IMG/VR virus record: IMGVR_UViG_3300040801_002879
Coordinates: 23,418-87,417 of that record
Reading direction: 5' to 3' (one strand)
DNA length: 64,000 nt
Source of the DNA: a virus
Taxonomy: Duplodnaviria; Heunggongvirae; Uroviricota; Caudoviricetes
In this document: positions 1 through 10,166 of the stretch, one piece after another
Numbering within the stretch: the stretch's first letter is position 1
Layout of the letters: the number at the start of each line of letters is the position of its first letter
The notes under the pieces: generated by a model
Told to the model about the DNA's origin: nothing
The model's input: only the letters and a program-made list of their open reading frames with translations
The model's database searches: none
Translations under genes and position numbers: made by a program

Positions 1-2
1 AT

Positions 3-3000
3 ATGATTGCTCAAATTATTTCTAGCTTTTTCGAAGCACACTCACCGCCTGATACTGGACCTCTACAACATATTGATAAGTGGGGTACTACATTATTTGA
101 CACTTATCTTGAGGGATTTGCAAAAGCAGACTTTGGTATTCTCAAAGATGTTGCTGGTTATATTGAACATATCCTAAGCAGTTGGATTGATATTGGTAAA
201 CTTGATGATGATGGTAACATGGAAGCTATGTTGCTTCAATTCAGACAGGATTTTGCTGGTCTTCTCTCTCAATTTAATGAGTTTGGAAGGGTAGCTGATA
301 GTGCTATCAGTGCAGTAACTGAGAGATTTGGCGAAGCTTCTGATGAAATTTTCAAGCTAATAAAATTGAACTTCCAATTAAAAAGCATTATCGAGGATAT
401 TGAGGGTGTTGAAAAGCGTAAGAAAGAAGTAACGCAAGCCTATAGAGACCAAGTACGTGACCTAATGAAGTCAAATATGTCTCTGGAAGAGCAAGCACAA
501 CTGCTCGGACAGTTACAACAAGAAAGAGACAAAGATTTAGCAATTCTTGATGAAGAACAGGAAATGCTAGAGGCTCGCAAAGATGCTGCACAAGAAGAGT
601 TAGACTTCCAAAAACAACTTCTCGATGCCTACAAAGACCAAGATGACATCTTTGCCGATATGCTCAAAGCTATGGAAGATATAAAAGATGCTTTGGGTGG
701 TGCTGGTGGTGGTTTATCAGACTTTGAACTCGAAGATATAGATGCTGAATTTGAGCTAGAGGGTATGGCAGAAGCTCAAGAAGCTATGGCAAGTTTTAGT
801 GAGGCTATGGCTAACCTCAATGGACAGGCTCTAAAGTTAGAGCTTACACTGAGAACTGTCTTTGGTACAATTGGAAGAAAATTACAAAGTCTTGCCACAG
901 ACAATATGGGAGAAATAATACTCAAGTCTGATGGTATGAAAGAACGTTTAACCTCTTTTGCTGAAACAGGTTTGAAAAGTATTTCAACACTTGAGTCGGG
1001 CACAAAAGATTATAACAAAGTTGTTCAAGACATGGTTGATATTTTCGGAAAAAACTTTATGGCAGACTTTTTCGATGATATGGAACTGAATGATACTACT
1101 TTAGATAGCACTGGTGTAAAAACGCAAGCTATAGTAGATGCCCTTGAAGAAATGGATGATGTAGATTTAGCGGGCTTTACAAAAGCTATACAAAATGCTG
1201 AGGGAGATACTGATGATGCTTTCTCAAGCATGACGAAGCTTGGTGAAGGCGTAGGTGAGCTCTTTGATGCGGTTATGCTTAAGATTGAGCCTCTCTATAA
1301 AAAGATTCGCGCCTTCTTCTTAGCTCTTAGCGGTCAAGAAGTTGATGATGAAACAATGACGATGACCGTTGATGGTGACGAAGTTGATATTGCAGGAATA
1401 GATGAGCTTGTAAATCTTGGGCACGAAATAAATCAAATATTTGCTGTTTTGGAAGAACGCCTACCCAAGATTCTCGGTTTGGTCGGACAAATTGGTGATA
1501 ATGTTCTTTCTGGTCTTGGAATTGACCTTGTTGCAGATGATATTTCTGGAAATGTAGATTCAATTTTAGGAGCTATACAAACCTTCTTAGAAAAAGTTGC
1601 TAGTATAGATAAGCCTGTACGAATGGCAATTGGTTTATTTTTAGCTATAAATGCTATAAAAACAGCATTTCAAGTAGGGGGCACTTCTCTTATAGCTCCT
1701 ATCATAAAAGGATTACTTGCACTGGGTAAAGGTGGATTAAGAGTCCTTATTTCAAGTGTTGGAGCAGTTCCTCTAACAATTTCTATACCTGTAGGTTTGG
1801 CATTACTTATTACAGGAATAGCGATTAAAAAAGAAATAAAAAGACATGATGATTTAAGAGAGGGATATGCTGAGTCTATTAGACAAGCCGCTGAAAATGC
1901 TAAATTAAAATATGATGGTGAATATATATATTCTGAAAAATTTTTAGAAGTTCTTATACCTTACAGAGCTCATTTATCCAGAATGGCTAGAGAAGGTATG
2001 ATTACAGATGAGGAATTTGAAGCTTGGGCACATGCACTTCAAAACTATGATTTTGCTTCTCAAGGATTAGATAATATGACAGGGGTTGATGTTCCTGTTC
2101 CTATTATTCCTGAACCTTATATAGATATGCGGGCTGAGGATGCTATTGCTAAAGCTATGCAGGATGCCTTAGATAGGTTAAAATTTTCAAGAAGTGCTGC
2201 GGGGGATTTCACTGCTGAAAATATGATAGCAGACGCTATTGAGCAGGCGGGTAATGCTGTTTGGGGAGCAACTCTTCCAGATGCTAATAATGCTGGACAA
2301 GAAGCTGGAAAATCTTACCTAGATGGAGTAACAACTGCTCTTTCTCAACCAGTAGAGCTAAAATCTATACAGGATATAGAGAATTGGGCTCAAATTTTTG
2401 GAATTACGCCTGAGCAGTTACTAACTGAAGATTTTGAAGGAGTTGAAGCTATTACAATTCCTGCTCCTACCTTAGCTTTTGATGATACTATCGTAGAAGA
2501 AGTTAGAGGATTAGTTGAGCAAATTGTAAGTGAATTTAATACTTTGTTTGGAGAGGCTGATTTTGCCCTTACAGAAACTGAGGGTGCTTCGATGGCACAG
2601 GGCATAGTAGACGGTTTACTCGCAGCTTTTTCTGTAACAACCATAAAAGCAGAAACATTATATGCTTTGGCAACAAATATGGCAGGTGCGTTATTCAATG
2701 CGTTTGCTCAAGGTGGTAATGCGGAAGCAATTGCTATGCTTCAAGACGTTGGTTTGGAGTGGGCTCGTATTATCAGTGAGTCTATGGATGCCGAGCTTTT
2801 TGACCCTAAAAACGCCCTTTCAAATTTTGTAACTATTGTTACTGATTTGAAAACTGCTTCTACTGGACTAGATGCAGGCTTTAGTATGGCACAATCTGCT
2901 ATTGAAAAGATTATTGGATATGTAGGTGATGGCACAGTTTGGAAGACTTTTGTAAGTGATGTAGCAACTCTTGGTGGCGAAGGAGTAGGTAGCTTTGGAT

Positions 3001-3401
3001 TTGCCTTTGTTCAAGGGTATACAGAAGCAGACAATCTAAAAACTTTCTTAGAAGGTGATTTTCTAACTGCTTTAGATAGAATTGTAGCTCTTTTCAATAG
3101 CCTGATGTCTGGTAATTGGAGCATAAAAGTAAGTGTTATTTATGAATCACTGAATAAGTGGCAAACAGGTGGCTCTGCAATTCCTGGGAATTTTGGAACG
3201 GTTGGAGAAACAGGTACAGAGTTCTTTGCTCCACCAATTAGAGGGCATGTTACCTCTCATTCTGAGTTATCAAGTATATTATCTGGTGGTGGGAAAGAGA
3301 CCAAGAAAGAAATTAATATGAATATTACAGGAAGTCCTGTTCAAATGACAGAAGATGAATTAATGAGAATGTTAAGACGTGTGGAGTTCTTATATGGATA
3401 G
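3..3401 (+). CDS. Tail tape measure protein, 5' end outside the window
   Basis: The ORF runs into the window edge and is over 1130 aa. The N-terminal part is charged and coiled-coil-like (EEQ, KDL repeats). Hydrophobic glycine-rich segments lie mid-protein (GLLALGKGGLRVLISSVGAVPLTISIPVGLALLITGIAI). It sits directly upstream of Dit/Tal-like tail genes. Confidence 0.8.
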   Translation: MIAQIISSFFEAHSPPDTGPLQHIDKWGTTLFDTYLEGFAKADFGILKDVAGYIEHILSSWIDIGKLDDDGNMEAMLLQFRQDFAGLLSQFNEFGRVADSAISAVTERFGEASDEIFKLIKLNFQLKSIIEDIEGVEKRKKEVTQAYRDQVRDLMKSNMSLEEQAQLLGQLQQERDKDLAILDEEQEMLEARKDAAQEELDFQKQLLDAYKDQDDIFADMLKAMEDIKDALGGAGGGLSDFELEDIDAEFELEGMAEAQEAMASFSEAMANLNGQALKLELTLRTVFGTIGRKLQSLATDNMGEIILKSDGMKERLTSFAETGLKSISTLESGTKDYNKVVQDMVDIFGKNFMADFFDDMELNDTTLDSTGVKTQAIVDALEEMDDVDLAGFTKAIQNAEGDTDDAFSSMTKLGEGVGELFDAVMLKIEPLYKKIRAFFLALSGQEVDDETMTMTVDGDEVDIAGIDELVNLGHEINQIFAVLEERLPKILGLVGQIGDNVLSGLGIDLVADDISGNVDSILGAIQTFLEKVASIDKPVRMAIGLFLAINAIKTAFQVGGTSLIAPIIKGLLALGKGGLRVLISSVGAVPLTISIPVGLALLITGIAIKKEIKRHDDLREGYAESIRQAAENAKLKYDGEYIYSEKFLEVLIPYRAHLSRMAREGMITDEEFEAWAHALQNYDFASQGLDNMTGVDVPVPIIPEPYIDMRAEDAIAKAMQDALDRLKFSRSAAGDFTAENMIADAIEQAGNAVWGATLPDANNAGQEAGKSYLDGVTTALSQPVELKSIQDIENWAQIFGITPEQLLTEDFEGVEAITIPAPTLAFDDTIVEEVRGLVEQIVSEFNTLFGEADFALTETEGASMAQGIVDGLLAAFSVTTIKAETLYALATNMAGALFNAFAQGGNAEAIAMLQDVGLEWARIISESMDAELFDPKNALSNFVTIVTDLKTASTGLDAGFSMAQSAIEKIIGYVGDGTVWKTFVSDVATLGGEGVGSFGFAFVQGYTEADNLKTFLEGDFLTALDRIVALFNSLMSGNWSIKVSVIYESLNKWQTGGSAIPGNFGTVGETGTEFFAPPIRGHVTSHSELSSILSGGGKETKKEINMNITGSPVQMTEDELMRMLRRVEFLYG

Positions 3402-4287
3402 AATAATTTGGAAAGACTCTACTAAGAGCATTTCCTTTGACACAAATAGTTTATTTGGTAGAGAGGGTGTTTCTCTCGTTCCTCTTTTTGGCAAATCTGG
3501 TTATATGCTTCCACCAGTTCGTCTTATTACAGATAACGTACCTAGACGACCAGGAAATGTTTTGCGAGAAAGAAAGGTTGAGGCTAGAAGAATTGACTTG
3601 CCTTTTAGACTTGAAACACTTAATTATAAAGACTTAGTAGATGCTCAGCGAGAGCTAGCTAGTTCTCTATTTAATTCTAGTGGAGACCTTGTTTTTAATT
3701 TTGCTGGAAAGCAAAGATATTTGAAAGATGTTAGTTATGTTGATGGGTTTTTGGGAGACGATAACGATGATAATGAGTTTGTTGTTTGGGCAAAATTCAT
3801 GCTCACTTTTGAGGCACATGACCCTTATTTTTATTCTTTAGATGAAGAAGAAAATATTACAATTAGTGCTTCTGTTGACCCGACAGCTTCTCCTGTATTA
3901 CTAGATACTAACTTTTTAGATAGTATGTTAGGGGAAAATCTCGTAGGAGATTCTTGGGAAATTACAAATCCTGGGGCTGATACTGCTTGGGTAAAGTGGG
4001 AAATTACTGGTCCTGTTGCTTCTGGTTTTACAGTTGGACTAGAAAACGGTCCTAGTCTAAAAATAAATAGAGCAATTGAAGATGGCGAAGTAGTAACGAT
4101 AGATACTTCCAGAGGACAAAAAATAGTTAGAAGCTCTTTAGTAGGTGATATTTTTAATTATTTAGATAAAACATCTAATCTTTGGGGATTTCCTAGAGGA
4201 ACTTCTAAAGTGGAACTAGGATTTAGTGGGTTTAATGCAGAAACGACAGTAAAAGGAGTGGCAAACGTACCTTATAGTACATTCTAG
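3394..4287 (+). CDS. Distal tail protein (Dit-like). The likely start is MDRIIW, overlapping the tape-measure stop; the ORF track gives 3379.
   Basis: It lies immediately after the tape-measure gene with an overlapping ATG/TAG junction, is about 300 aa, and is followed by a large tail-tip gene. Confidence 0.5.
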   Translation: MDRIIWKDSTKSISFDTNSLFGREGVSLVPLFGKSGYMLPPVRLITDNVPRRPGNVLRERKVEARRIDLPFRLETLNYKDLVDAQRELASSLFNSSGDLVFNFAGKQRYLKDVSYVDGFLGDDNDDNEFVVWAKFMLTFEAHDPYFYSLDEEENITISASVDPTASPVLLDTNFLDSMLGENLVGDSWEITNPGADTAWVKWEITGPVASGFTVGLENGPSLKINRAIEDGEVVTIDTSRGQKIVRSSLVGDIFNYLDKTSNLWGFPRGTSKVELGFSGFNAETTVKGVANVPYSTF

Positions 4288-4289
4288 CT

Positions 4290-6392
4290 ATGACTATTTT
4301 ATATAACTTAGTTCGGGTTTATACTAATACTACAGGAACGGGCATCGTTTCTCTTGGCAACGCTGTTTCTGGACACTTAACCTTTGAAGAATCGGGTGTA
4401 CAGGGTGGCGATGTTGTTTCCTATTCTATTATAGAGGGAAACAAGGTTGAGGTTGGTAGAGGTACTTATAACTCTGTTTACAAAACACTTTCGAGAGACG
4501 AAGTATATAGCAGTACGAATGGTGGCGCAAAAATAAGCCTTAGTGGTAATGGACAGGTTCTTATTACTGCTTTGAAAGAAGATTTTGACCATGATATTTT
4601 GCCTAATTTTGAGGCTAACGAGCACGTAGACCACTCACAAATAGATATTATAGCAGGTACTGGTTTACTTGGTGGTGGGAATCTACTCTCTGATATTACA
4701 CTATCAATAAATCAAGGGTATCAATTTCGCTGGACAGCAGACCAGATTTTCGAGCAGAGCGTATCAATGCTCTCTGGTTTACATGTTGGTGGTGAAAGTC
4801 CTGTAGATTTTGGAAACCTTGTTGTGGAAGGTGATTTGCAAGTTGGTGGAGCAACTATTTATTCTGGCGAGACCCACTTTAGCGAGCTAGTTACCACGTC
4901 TAAAGGATTACATATCGGTGGAACAACAGACCCTGATGCTCCGAGATTACAAAACCCTGATTATCCTCAAGGAAACCTTATTGTTGAGGGTAATACCACT
5001 ATTAAAGAAAGTTTATTTGCAGATAAATCTGGTCTTTTTGGTGCAAATTTAGATGTTTTGGGGCACATATCAGTTGATAAAACTGCTTCTTTTTACGGAA
5101 ATTTTTCAGCATATAGTAGTGCTTTAATAAGTGGGCAAACTAATATTCTTAATGGTTTAAGAGTAGGAGATACTCAAGAAGTAGATATTGGAAATGTAAC
5201 AATAAAGAATAGGCTCGGTATTGGAGTTATTTCTCCTGCTTATAAATTTCATTTATTGGGTGGTACAATTAGAGTTGACCCTAATAATTTGGAAGAAGAA
5301 AGATTTACAATTTTAGATGGTACGGATAGACCTATAGCTAATTTTGCAGGTCAAGCTATAAAGATGGGAGTAGCGGATAATCCTTATAAGCAAGTAGAAT
5401 TTCGCTCAGGAGCAGAAGATTCCTTTGGAGAAAATCCATTTATTTCTTTTGCTATTGGTGGTCAAGAAAGATTTAGATTTACGAATGACTCTAGTTTAGG
5501 AATAAATACTACTCCTTCTACTAAATTGGAGATTAAGAGCTCTTATGAAAGAGACTTTATAAAACTAGTTTTAGATGATATTAGATGGCATATCACTCCC
5601 CTGCTTTCAGGTGGCTTAGAATTTCGTTCAGAAGTTCCGAATATAGCACACCTAACTTTAGGGTTAGATAAGATACTATTAGGTAATTCTGTAGAGCTTG
5701 TAGATAATCTATTTATTTCCGAAGGGCTAAGCAACTCTATAGAGTTTGCACTAAACGGTAGCATTAAAACTACTCAAGGCTACTTAGACCTAAAACCACA
5801 AGAAAAGCTATACTTTTCTCCTGCTGGCAAACAAGCAGTAGTAAACGAGGGTGTAAGGTTACAATCTAAGGACTATGCAAGTAATGTTATGGGATGGGGT
5901 ATTTCTTATGATGGTATAGCCGATTTTAGAGAGGTTCGTGCAAATGAGATGAAAGTAAAAACATTTGTTTCGGACCAAGAGCAGGCAGTCGCTGGAAGTC
6001 AAATTATAAGCAAAAGTGTTTCTTCTTTATCGAGAGTTTTTGTTGCCCCTAGTCCTGGCAATAATAAGTTGTTGTTTGTTCGTAATTTTGAAGGTTTTCC
6101 TAACTATCGTGTATTTGCTGATGGTGATTATGTAAGAATTAGAACGATGCAAAGACGACCAGATGATACAACTTTTGTAGCTGATTGTTGGGGAACGGTT
6201 GTTAAGTCTGAATCAACTCCCGTAGAAGAGGGAGAACAATGCTATTTGTTCTATCGCTCAGCACTAAGCAGTGAGGAAAATATTCAAAAAGCTGGCACAA
6301 TGCCTGCTGGAACGGTTGTAGATATAGGAGCGTTAGTTTTAGATTATGGAAAAAGTGGTAGTGGTTTTATTGAGAGCACTGCTATAGGATAA
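4290..6392 (+). CDS. Tail tip / baseplate hub protein (Tal-like)
   Basis: It is 700 aa, lies directly downstream of the Dit-like gene, and is beta-rich and Gly/Asn-rich. The call rests on canonical siphovirus gene order. Confidence 0.5.
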   Translation: MTILYNLVRVYTNTTGTGIVSLGNAVSGHLTFEESGVQGGDVVSYSIIEGNKVEVGRGTYNSVYKTLSRDEVYSSTNGGAKISLSGNGQVLITALKEDFDHDILPNFEANEHVDHSQIDIIAGTGLLGGGNLLSDITLSINQGYQFRWTADQIFEQSVSMLSGLHVGGESPVDFGNLVVEGDLQVGGATIYSGETHFSELVTTSKGLHIGGTTDPDAPRLQNPDYPQGNLIVEGNTTIKESLFADKSGLFGANLDVLGHISVDKTASFYGNFSAYSSALISGQTNILNGLRVGDTQEVDIGNVTIKNRLGIGVISPAYKFHLLGGTIRVDPNNLEEERFTILDGTDRPIANFAGQAIKMGVADNPYKQVEFRSGAEDSFGENPFISFAIGGQERFRFTNDSSLGINTTPSTKLEIKSSYERDFIKLVLDDIRWHITPLLSGGLEFRSEVPNIAHLTLGLDKILLGNSVELVDNLFISEGLSNSIEFALNGSIKTTQGYLDLKPQEKLYFSPAGKQAVVNEGVRLQSKDYASNVMGWGISYDGIADFREVRANEMKVKTFVSDQEQAVAGSQIISKSVSSLSRVFVAPSPGNNKLLFVRNFEGFPNYRVFADGDYVRIRTMQRRPDDTTFVADCWGTVVKSESTPVEEGEQCYLFYRSALSSEENIQKAGTMPAGTVVDIGALVLDYGKSGSGFIESTAIG

Positions 6393-6402
6393 GGAGAAAA
6401 TT

Positions 6403-6813
6403 ATGGCACAAATTTCAGAAGCAGTTAAAAATGCAAGATTAAATGCAATTGAAACGGTAGTAGGGACAGCCCCTATTCTAAGAGTTTATGATGGTGGCGG
6501 GAGTATTCCTGCCGATTGCTCACAAGCAGTTGTAGGAACGCTACTTGTAGAAATTACTCTTCCCTCTGATTGGCTAAACGATGCTAATGGTGGGAGTATT
6601 ACAGGAATTATGGGAACTTGGTCAGATACTGCTTTAGCAACAGGGGAAGCAACTTATTTTAGAATTTATGCTTCCAATGGGACAGATTGCCATATTCAAG
6701 GAACGGTTTCTCAAACAGGTTTTGGTGGAGACCTAACTTTTGAGAGCACTGAAATTAGCTCAATTGGTGAGACGGTAACAGTAGCGACTTTTGCTCTTTC
6801 AGAGCCAAGCTAA
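6403..6813 (+). CDS. Hypothetical tail/baseplate protein
   Basis: It is 136 aa and tightly packed between structural genes, with AGGAG upstream. Confidence 0.55.
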   Translation: MAQISEAVKNARLNAIETVVGTAPILRVYDGGGSIPADCSQAVVGTLLVEITLPSDWLNDANGGSITGIMGTWSDTALATGEATYFRIYASNGTDCHIQGTVSQTGFGGDLTFESTEISSIGETVTVATFALSEPS

Positions 6814-6823
6814 AAGGAAATAA

Positions 6824-9800
6824 ATGGCTGATAATGGTTCAATAGTTGTTTTACTAGATGAGTTTTCTTTATTAGCACGTGAAACAGCTAGAAATGAAGT
6901 AGATATATTATTAGAAGATGCTTCGGTATCTTCTTCTGTAAACCTGCCAATTTCTGTAGAGACAGATAAAACTTTAGAAGATGTTATTAGTTTGTCTACA
7001 AATTATGCAGAGGTAGAGGCTATTCTGGAAGATGCCGAAGTAGATAATCCTATTATAGGGTCTCTTGAGTTTCTGTTAGAAGATGCTGACTTATCTAGTG
7101 CCTTAGATGTTTCTGGTATTCGCCTTGTAAAAACTTTAAACAATGCTACTCTAAATTCTACTTTAGAAGCTTCTGGCATAACTTTGGTAAAGACCTTAGA
7201 TAAAGCTTCTTTGTTTTCTTCTGTTATTGCAACAGGCGGGTCTCTAAATGTAGTACTTGATTACTTTGATTTAGAAAGTCAAGCTATTAGTGATAATCAG
7301 GTAAACGTAAGTATTTCTTTAGAGGATGTTTCTAAGACTATAGAAGCAGACCTGCTAGTACAATCACAACTAGAAAAAAGCTTAGAAGATGTTTCTGTTT
7401 CATCTTCATACTCTACAAATATAGTTGCAACTCTAGTAAAAGACTTAGAAGAGCTTACTGTAGATAGTGATGTAAAAGGAAATGTCTTTTTTCCTGCTGA
7501 AATTGAGTTTGGTGATGTTGTCTCTTCCGCAGAAGGCTATCTACTTACAGGATTACTAAGTCCATATCAAGATTTTGCTAACTGGACAGGACACCCTGCT
7601 ACAGGACAATCGCTAAAGGTGAGAATAGGAAATCTTAAGGGTGTAACAAACTTAGATGAGTTTGGTTTATTTGCAAGCTCTGGTTGGAATTTAGCTTCTC
7701 AAGGCACTATTGACGAAGAAAATATTCCTGATTCTGTTAGTCACTTGATTGCTAGCAACAAGGGAGTAAGAGCCTATAATATGGATATTACTCTCTTTGA
7801 TAATGGTGCGCCAGTTATAGAATTAAATCATTCCGTACCAAGCTTTGCTCTTGGCTCTACTCTACCATCAGGTTATAACTCTGGTGAAGGTATTTGGATG
7901 GGCAAGGACACAGACGATACTTATAAGTTTAGAGTGGGTGGCACAGGCGACCAAGATAATAGTATTCGATATGATGGGGATGCCTTAGAGATTAGGGGTG
8001 CAGAATTTATACAATATAATCTTTCTACGCCAGTTATTAGTCTAAATCCTGCGGGTCCAAGCCTAGCTATAGGCAACCCTGTTCCTGCTTCTTTTTCTGC
8101 GGGTGTTGGTTTATGGACAGGGTTAGATGGGGGAGAATTTAAATTTAGAATAGGAGACCCTACAGATGCTCGTTTAGAGTGGCTAACGGACACTGGAGAG
8201 TTAAACTTATATGGTACATCTCTGACTTTTGATGGTGAAGAGGGTTTTATAATTCTTACACAGTCATCATTATTTAAGGATATATCAGGTAACTTCACAG
8301 GCTCAGGCGTTTATATTGACAGTCAAGGTATTTCAGGTGTAAATTTAGACCAAGAACAGGTTAGAATTGACTCACAAACAGGTGAGATTATAGCTTCTGG
8401 CGTTCACCTAAATGCCTCTGGTATTTCTATGGTTGGTGGTACGTTTACTGTAGGACAAGCTACATCCTTTAGTTCTGGTATAGGTGTTTTCATTGGAGAA
8501 TTGCCCTCAGATGTACTAGTATCTGAATCACTAGGGGATTATATTTATAGTGAGGGTAGTGAGCTTGGCTATCAAGGAACAGATGAGTTCCGTATCGCTC
8601 TTGGCGGTGGTTGGGCTTTCAGAATTGGAGACCCTGCTGGTGATAGGTTAGAGTGGGATGGTAGTAACCTAAATCTCTATGCTCCTGTTATAAACTTGAT
8701 AGAAGGCATCTCAGACCCAACTCTTTATTTTAAGAGTCTCGCAGGAGACCCTCTGTTTACTGTAACCGCTTATGAAACGACAGTACCTATAGTTGAACTT
8801 AACTCTATAGGCACAAATGCAGAACTACATATTAATGCTGATGTTATAGATTTTTCTAGTGTGCCAACTGTAGATTCAGACCCAACAGAGGCTCTTCAAT
8901 TAGCTACAAAACAATATGTAGATAATAATACTGGCGGTGTTGAGGACCACGGTTTATTAACTGGACTAGGTGATGATGACCATACTCAGTATTTGAATAA
9001 TGCTAGACATGATACAACTACAAGACACACTCTTGGAACAGTTGTTCCCCACGATGACCATGGGCTATTGTCTGGTCTTGGTGATGATGACCATACCCAA
9101 TATTTGAATAATACTCGCCATGACACGACTACGAGGCATACGCTAGGTACGGTTGTACCACGGGATAGTACAAAAGCAGATGACGCTGATGTGGTGCATG
9201 ATACTGGTGATGAAACAGTTGCTGGTGTTAAAACGTTTAGTTCTATTCCCGTTTTACCCGCAAGTGACCCAACTCTTGCTAATCAGGCTGTAAGAAAATC
9301 TTATGTTGATAATGGTTATAGATATTTACAAACAGTAACATTTACTTCTAATGGCACTTTTTCAAAAGCTAATTATTCTGGTATAAGAGCAGTTAGAGTT
9401 CGTCTGGTGGGTGGTGGAGGTGGAGGCGCTGGTGCTCCCGCGACTGCTGCTGGGCAGGTTTCATGTGGTAGCGGTGGAAACGCGGGTGGCTACTCAGAAG
9501 AATTTATTTTGGCAAGTGTGTTAGCTTCAAGCGTGACTGTTACTATCGGTAGTGGCGGTTCTGGGGGGTCTTCGGGTGGGGACGGTGGAGGTGGTGGCAC
9601 AACAAGTTTTGGCTCGTTCTTGTCGGCGACTGGCGGGGGCGGGGGCAATGCTCTTGGCGCTTCGTCCAGTGGTGTTATTCCAGCGATTACAGCCGATGCA
9701 GCAGGTATAGGTTCTGGCGGCGACTTCAATACAAGAGGGGGTACATCTGGAGTAGCCCTCAGAAATGGTGACTCGGAGGTTTCGCTTGGTTCTAGAGGCG

Positions 9801-9982
9801 GGGACAGCCTGTTGGGTGGAGGTGCTGGGGGAAGATTCACAGCATGGCATGGTTCAGGTGGAGGCTGGAGTGCGGATGGCTACGGTGGCGGGGGTGGCGG
9901 CGCCTGTAACGGAAGTTCTCAAGGCGCCAAGAATGGTGGCAACGGGAAATCTGGAATAGTGATAGTAGATGTTTATATATAA
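6824..9982 (+). CDS. Tail fibre protein with tandem DDDHTQYLNN repeats and a glycine-rich C-terminal domain
   Basis: It is 1052 aa. A 39-aa segment (GLLTGLGDDDHTQYLNN.RHDTTTRHTLGTVVP) is duplicated in tandem. The C-terminal 200 aa are dominated by GGGG/GSGG runs. Confidence 0.65.
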   Translation: MADNGSIVVLLDEFSLLARETARNEVDILLEDASVSSSVNLPISVETDKTLEDVISLSTNYAEVEAILEDAEVDNPIIGSLEFLLEDADLSSALDVSGIRLVKTLNNATLNSTLEASGITLVKTLDKASLFSSVIATGGSLNVVLDYFDLESQAISDNQVNVSISLEDVSKTIEADLLVQSQLEKSLEDVSVSSSYSTNIVATLVKDLEELTVDSDVKGNVFFPAEIEFGDVVSSAEGYLLTGLLSPYQDFANWTGHPATGQSLKVRIGNLKGVTNLDEFGLFASSGWNLASQGTIDEENIPDSVSHLIASNKGVRAYNMDITLFDNGAPVIELNHSVPSFALGSTLPSGYNSGEGIWMGKDTDDTYKFRVGGTGDQDNSIRYDGDALEIRGAEFIQYNLSTPVISLNPAGPSLAIGNPVPASFSAGVGLWTGLDGGEFKFRIGDPTDARLEWLTDTGELNLYGTSLTFDGEEGFIILTQSSLFKDISGNFTGSGVYIDSQGISGVNLDQEQVRIDSQTGEIIASGVHLNASGISMVGGTFTVGQATSFSSGIGVFIGELPSDVLVSESLGDYIYSEGSELGYQGTDEFRIALGGGWAFRIGDPAGDRLEWDGSNLNLYAPVINLIEGISDPTLYFKSLAGDPLFTVTAYETTVPIVELNSIGTNAELHINADVIDFSSVPTVDSDPTEALQLATKQYVDNNTGGVEDHGLLTGLGDDDHTQYLNNARHDTTTRHTLGTVVPHDDHGLLSGLGDDDHTQYLNNTRHDTTTRHTLGTVVPRDSTKADDADVVHDTGDETVAGVKTFSSIPVLPASDPTLANQAVRKSYVDNGYRYLQTVTFTSNGTFSKANYSGIRAVRVRLVGGGGGGAGAPATAAGQVSCGSGGNAGGYSEEFILASVLASSVTVTIGSGGSGGSSGGDGGGGGTTSFGSFLSATGGGGGNALGASSSGVIPAITADAAGIGSGGDFNTRGGTSGVALRNGDSEVSLGSRGGDSLLGGGAGGRFTAWHGSGGGWSADGYGGGGGGACNGSSQGAKNGGNGKSGIVIVDVYI

Positions 9983-10166
9983 AGGAAATAAATAATGGGA
10001 CAAACAATATTTAGAAGCAGGGATTTATACGATAAATACTGGAACACACTATGTAGACCATGGTACTAGCGACCATCATCCTGAGTTTGGTATCCAGAAA
10101 TTAAATATTTAGAGCTTATTTATGTATGGAGTACTAGTTTCAATTGAAGTATTATAGGAGATTATA

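Noticed and set aside
388-2935. Six antisense ORFs inside the tape-measure gene (388..591, 776..1003, 1025..1231, 1327..1563, 2390..2698, 2741..2935)
   Set aside because: They lie on the opposite strand of a long, clearly coding gene and have low-complexity, unprotein-like sequences. They are typical antisense artefacts.
3437-3637. A + strand ORF inside the Dit-like gene in another frame
   Set aside because: It lies entirely within 3394..4287 in a different frame and has a hydrophobic low-complexity sequence, so it is an overlapping-frame artefact.
9490-9959. Three overlapping ORFs antisense to, or out of frame with, the Gly-rich fibre tail (9490..9840, 9527..9850, 9765..9959)
   Set aside because: They are generated by GC-rich Gly codons (GGN on one strand gives NCC Pro runs on the other) and have no independent signals.
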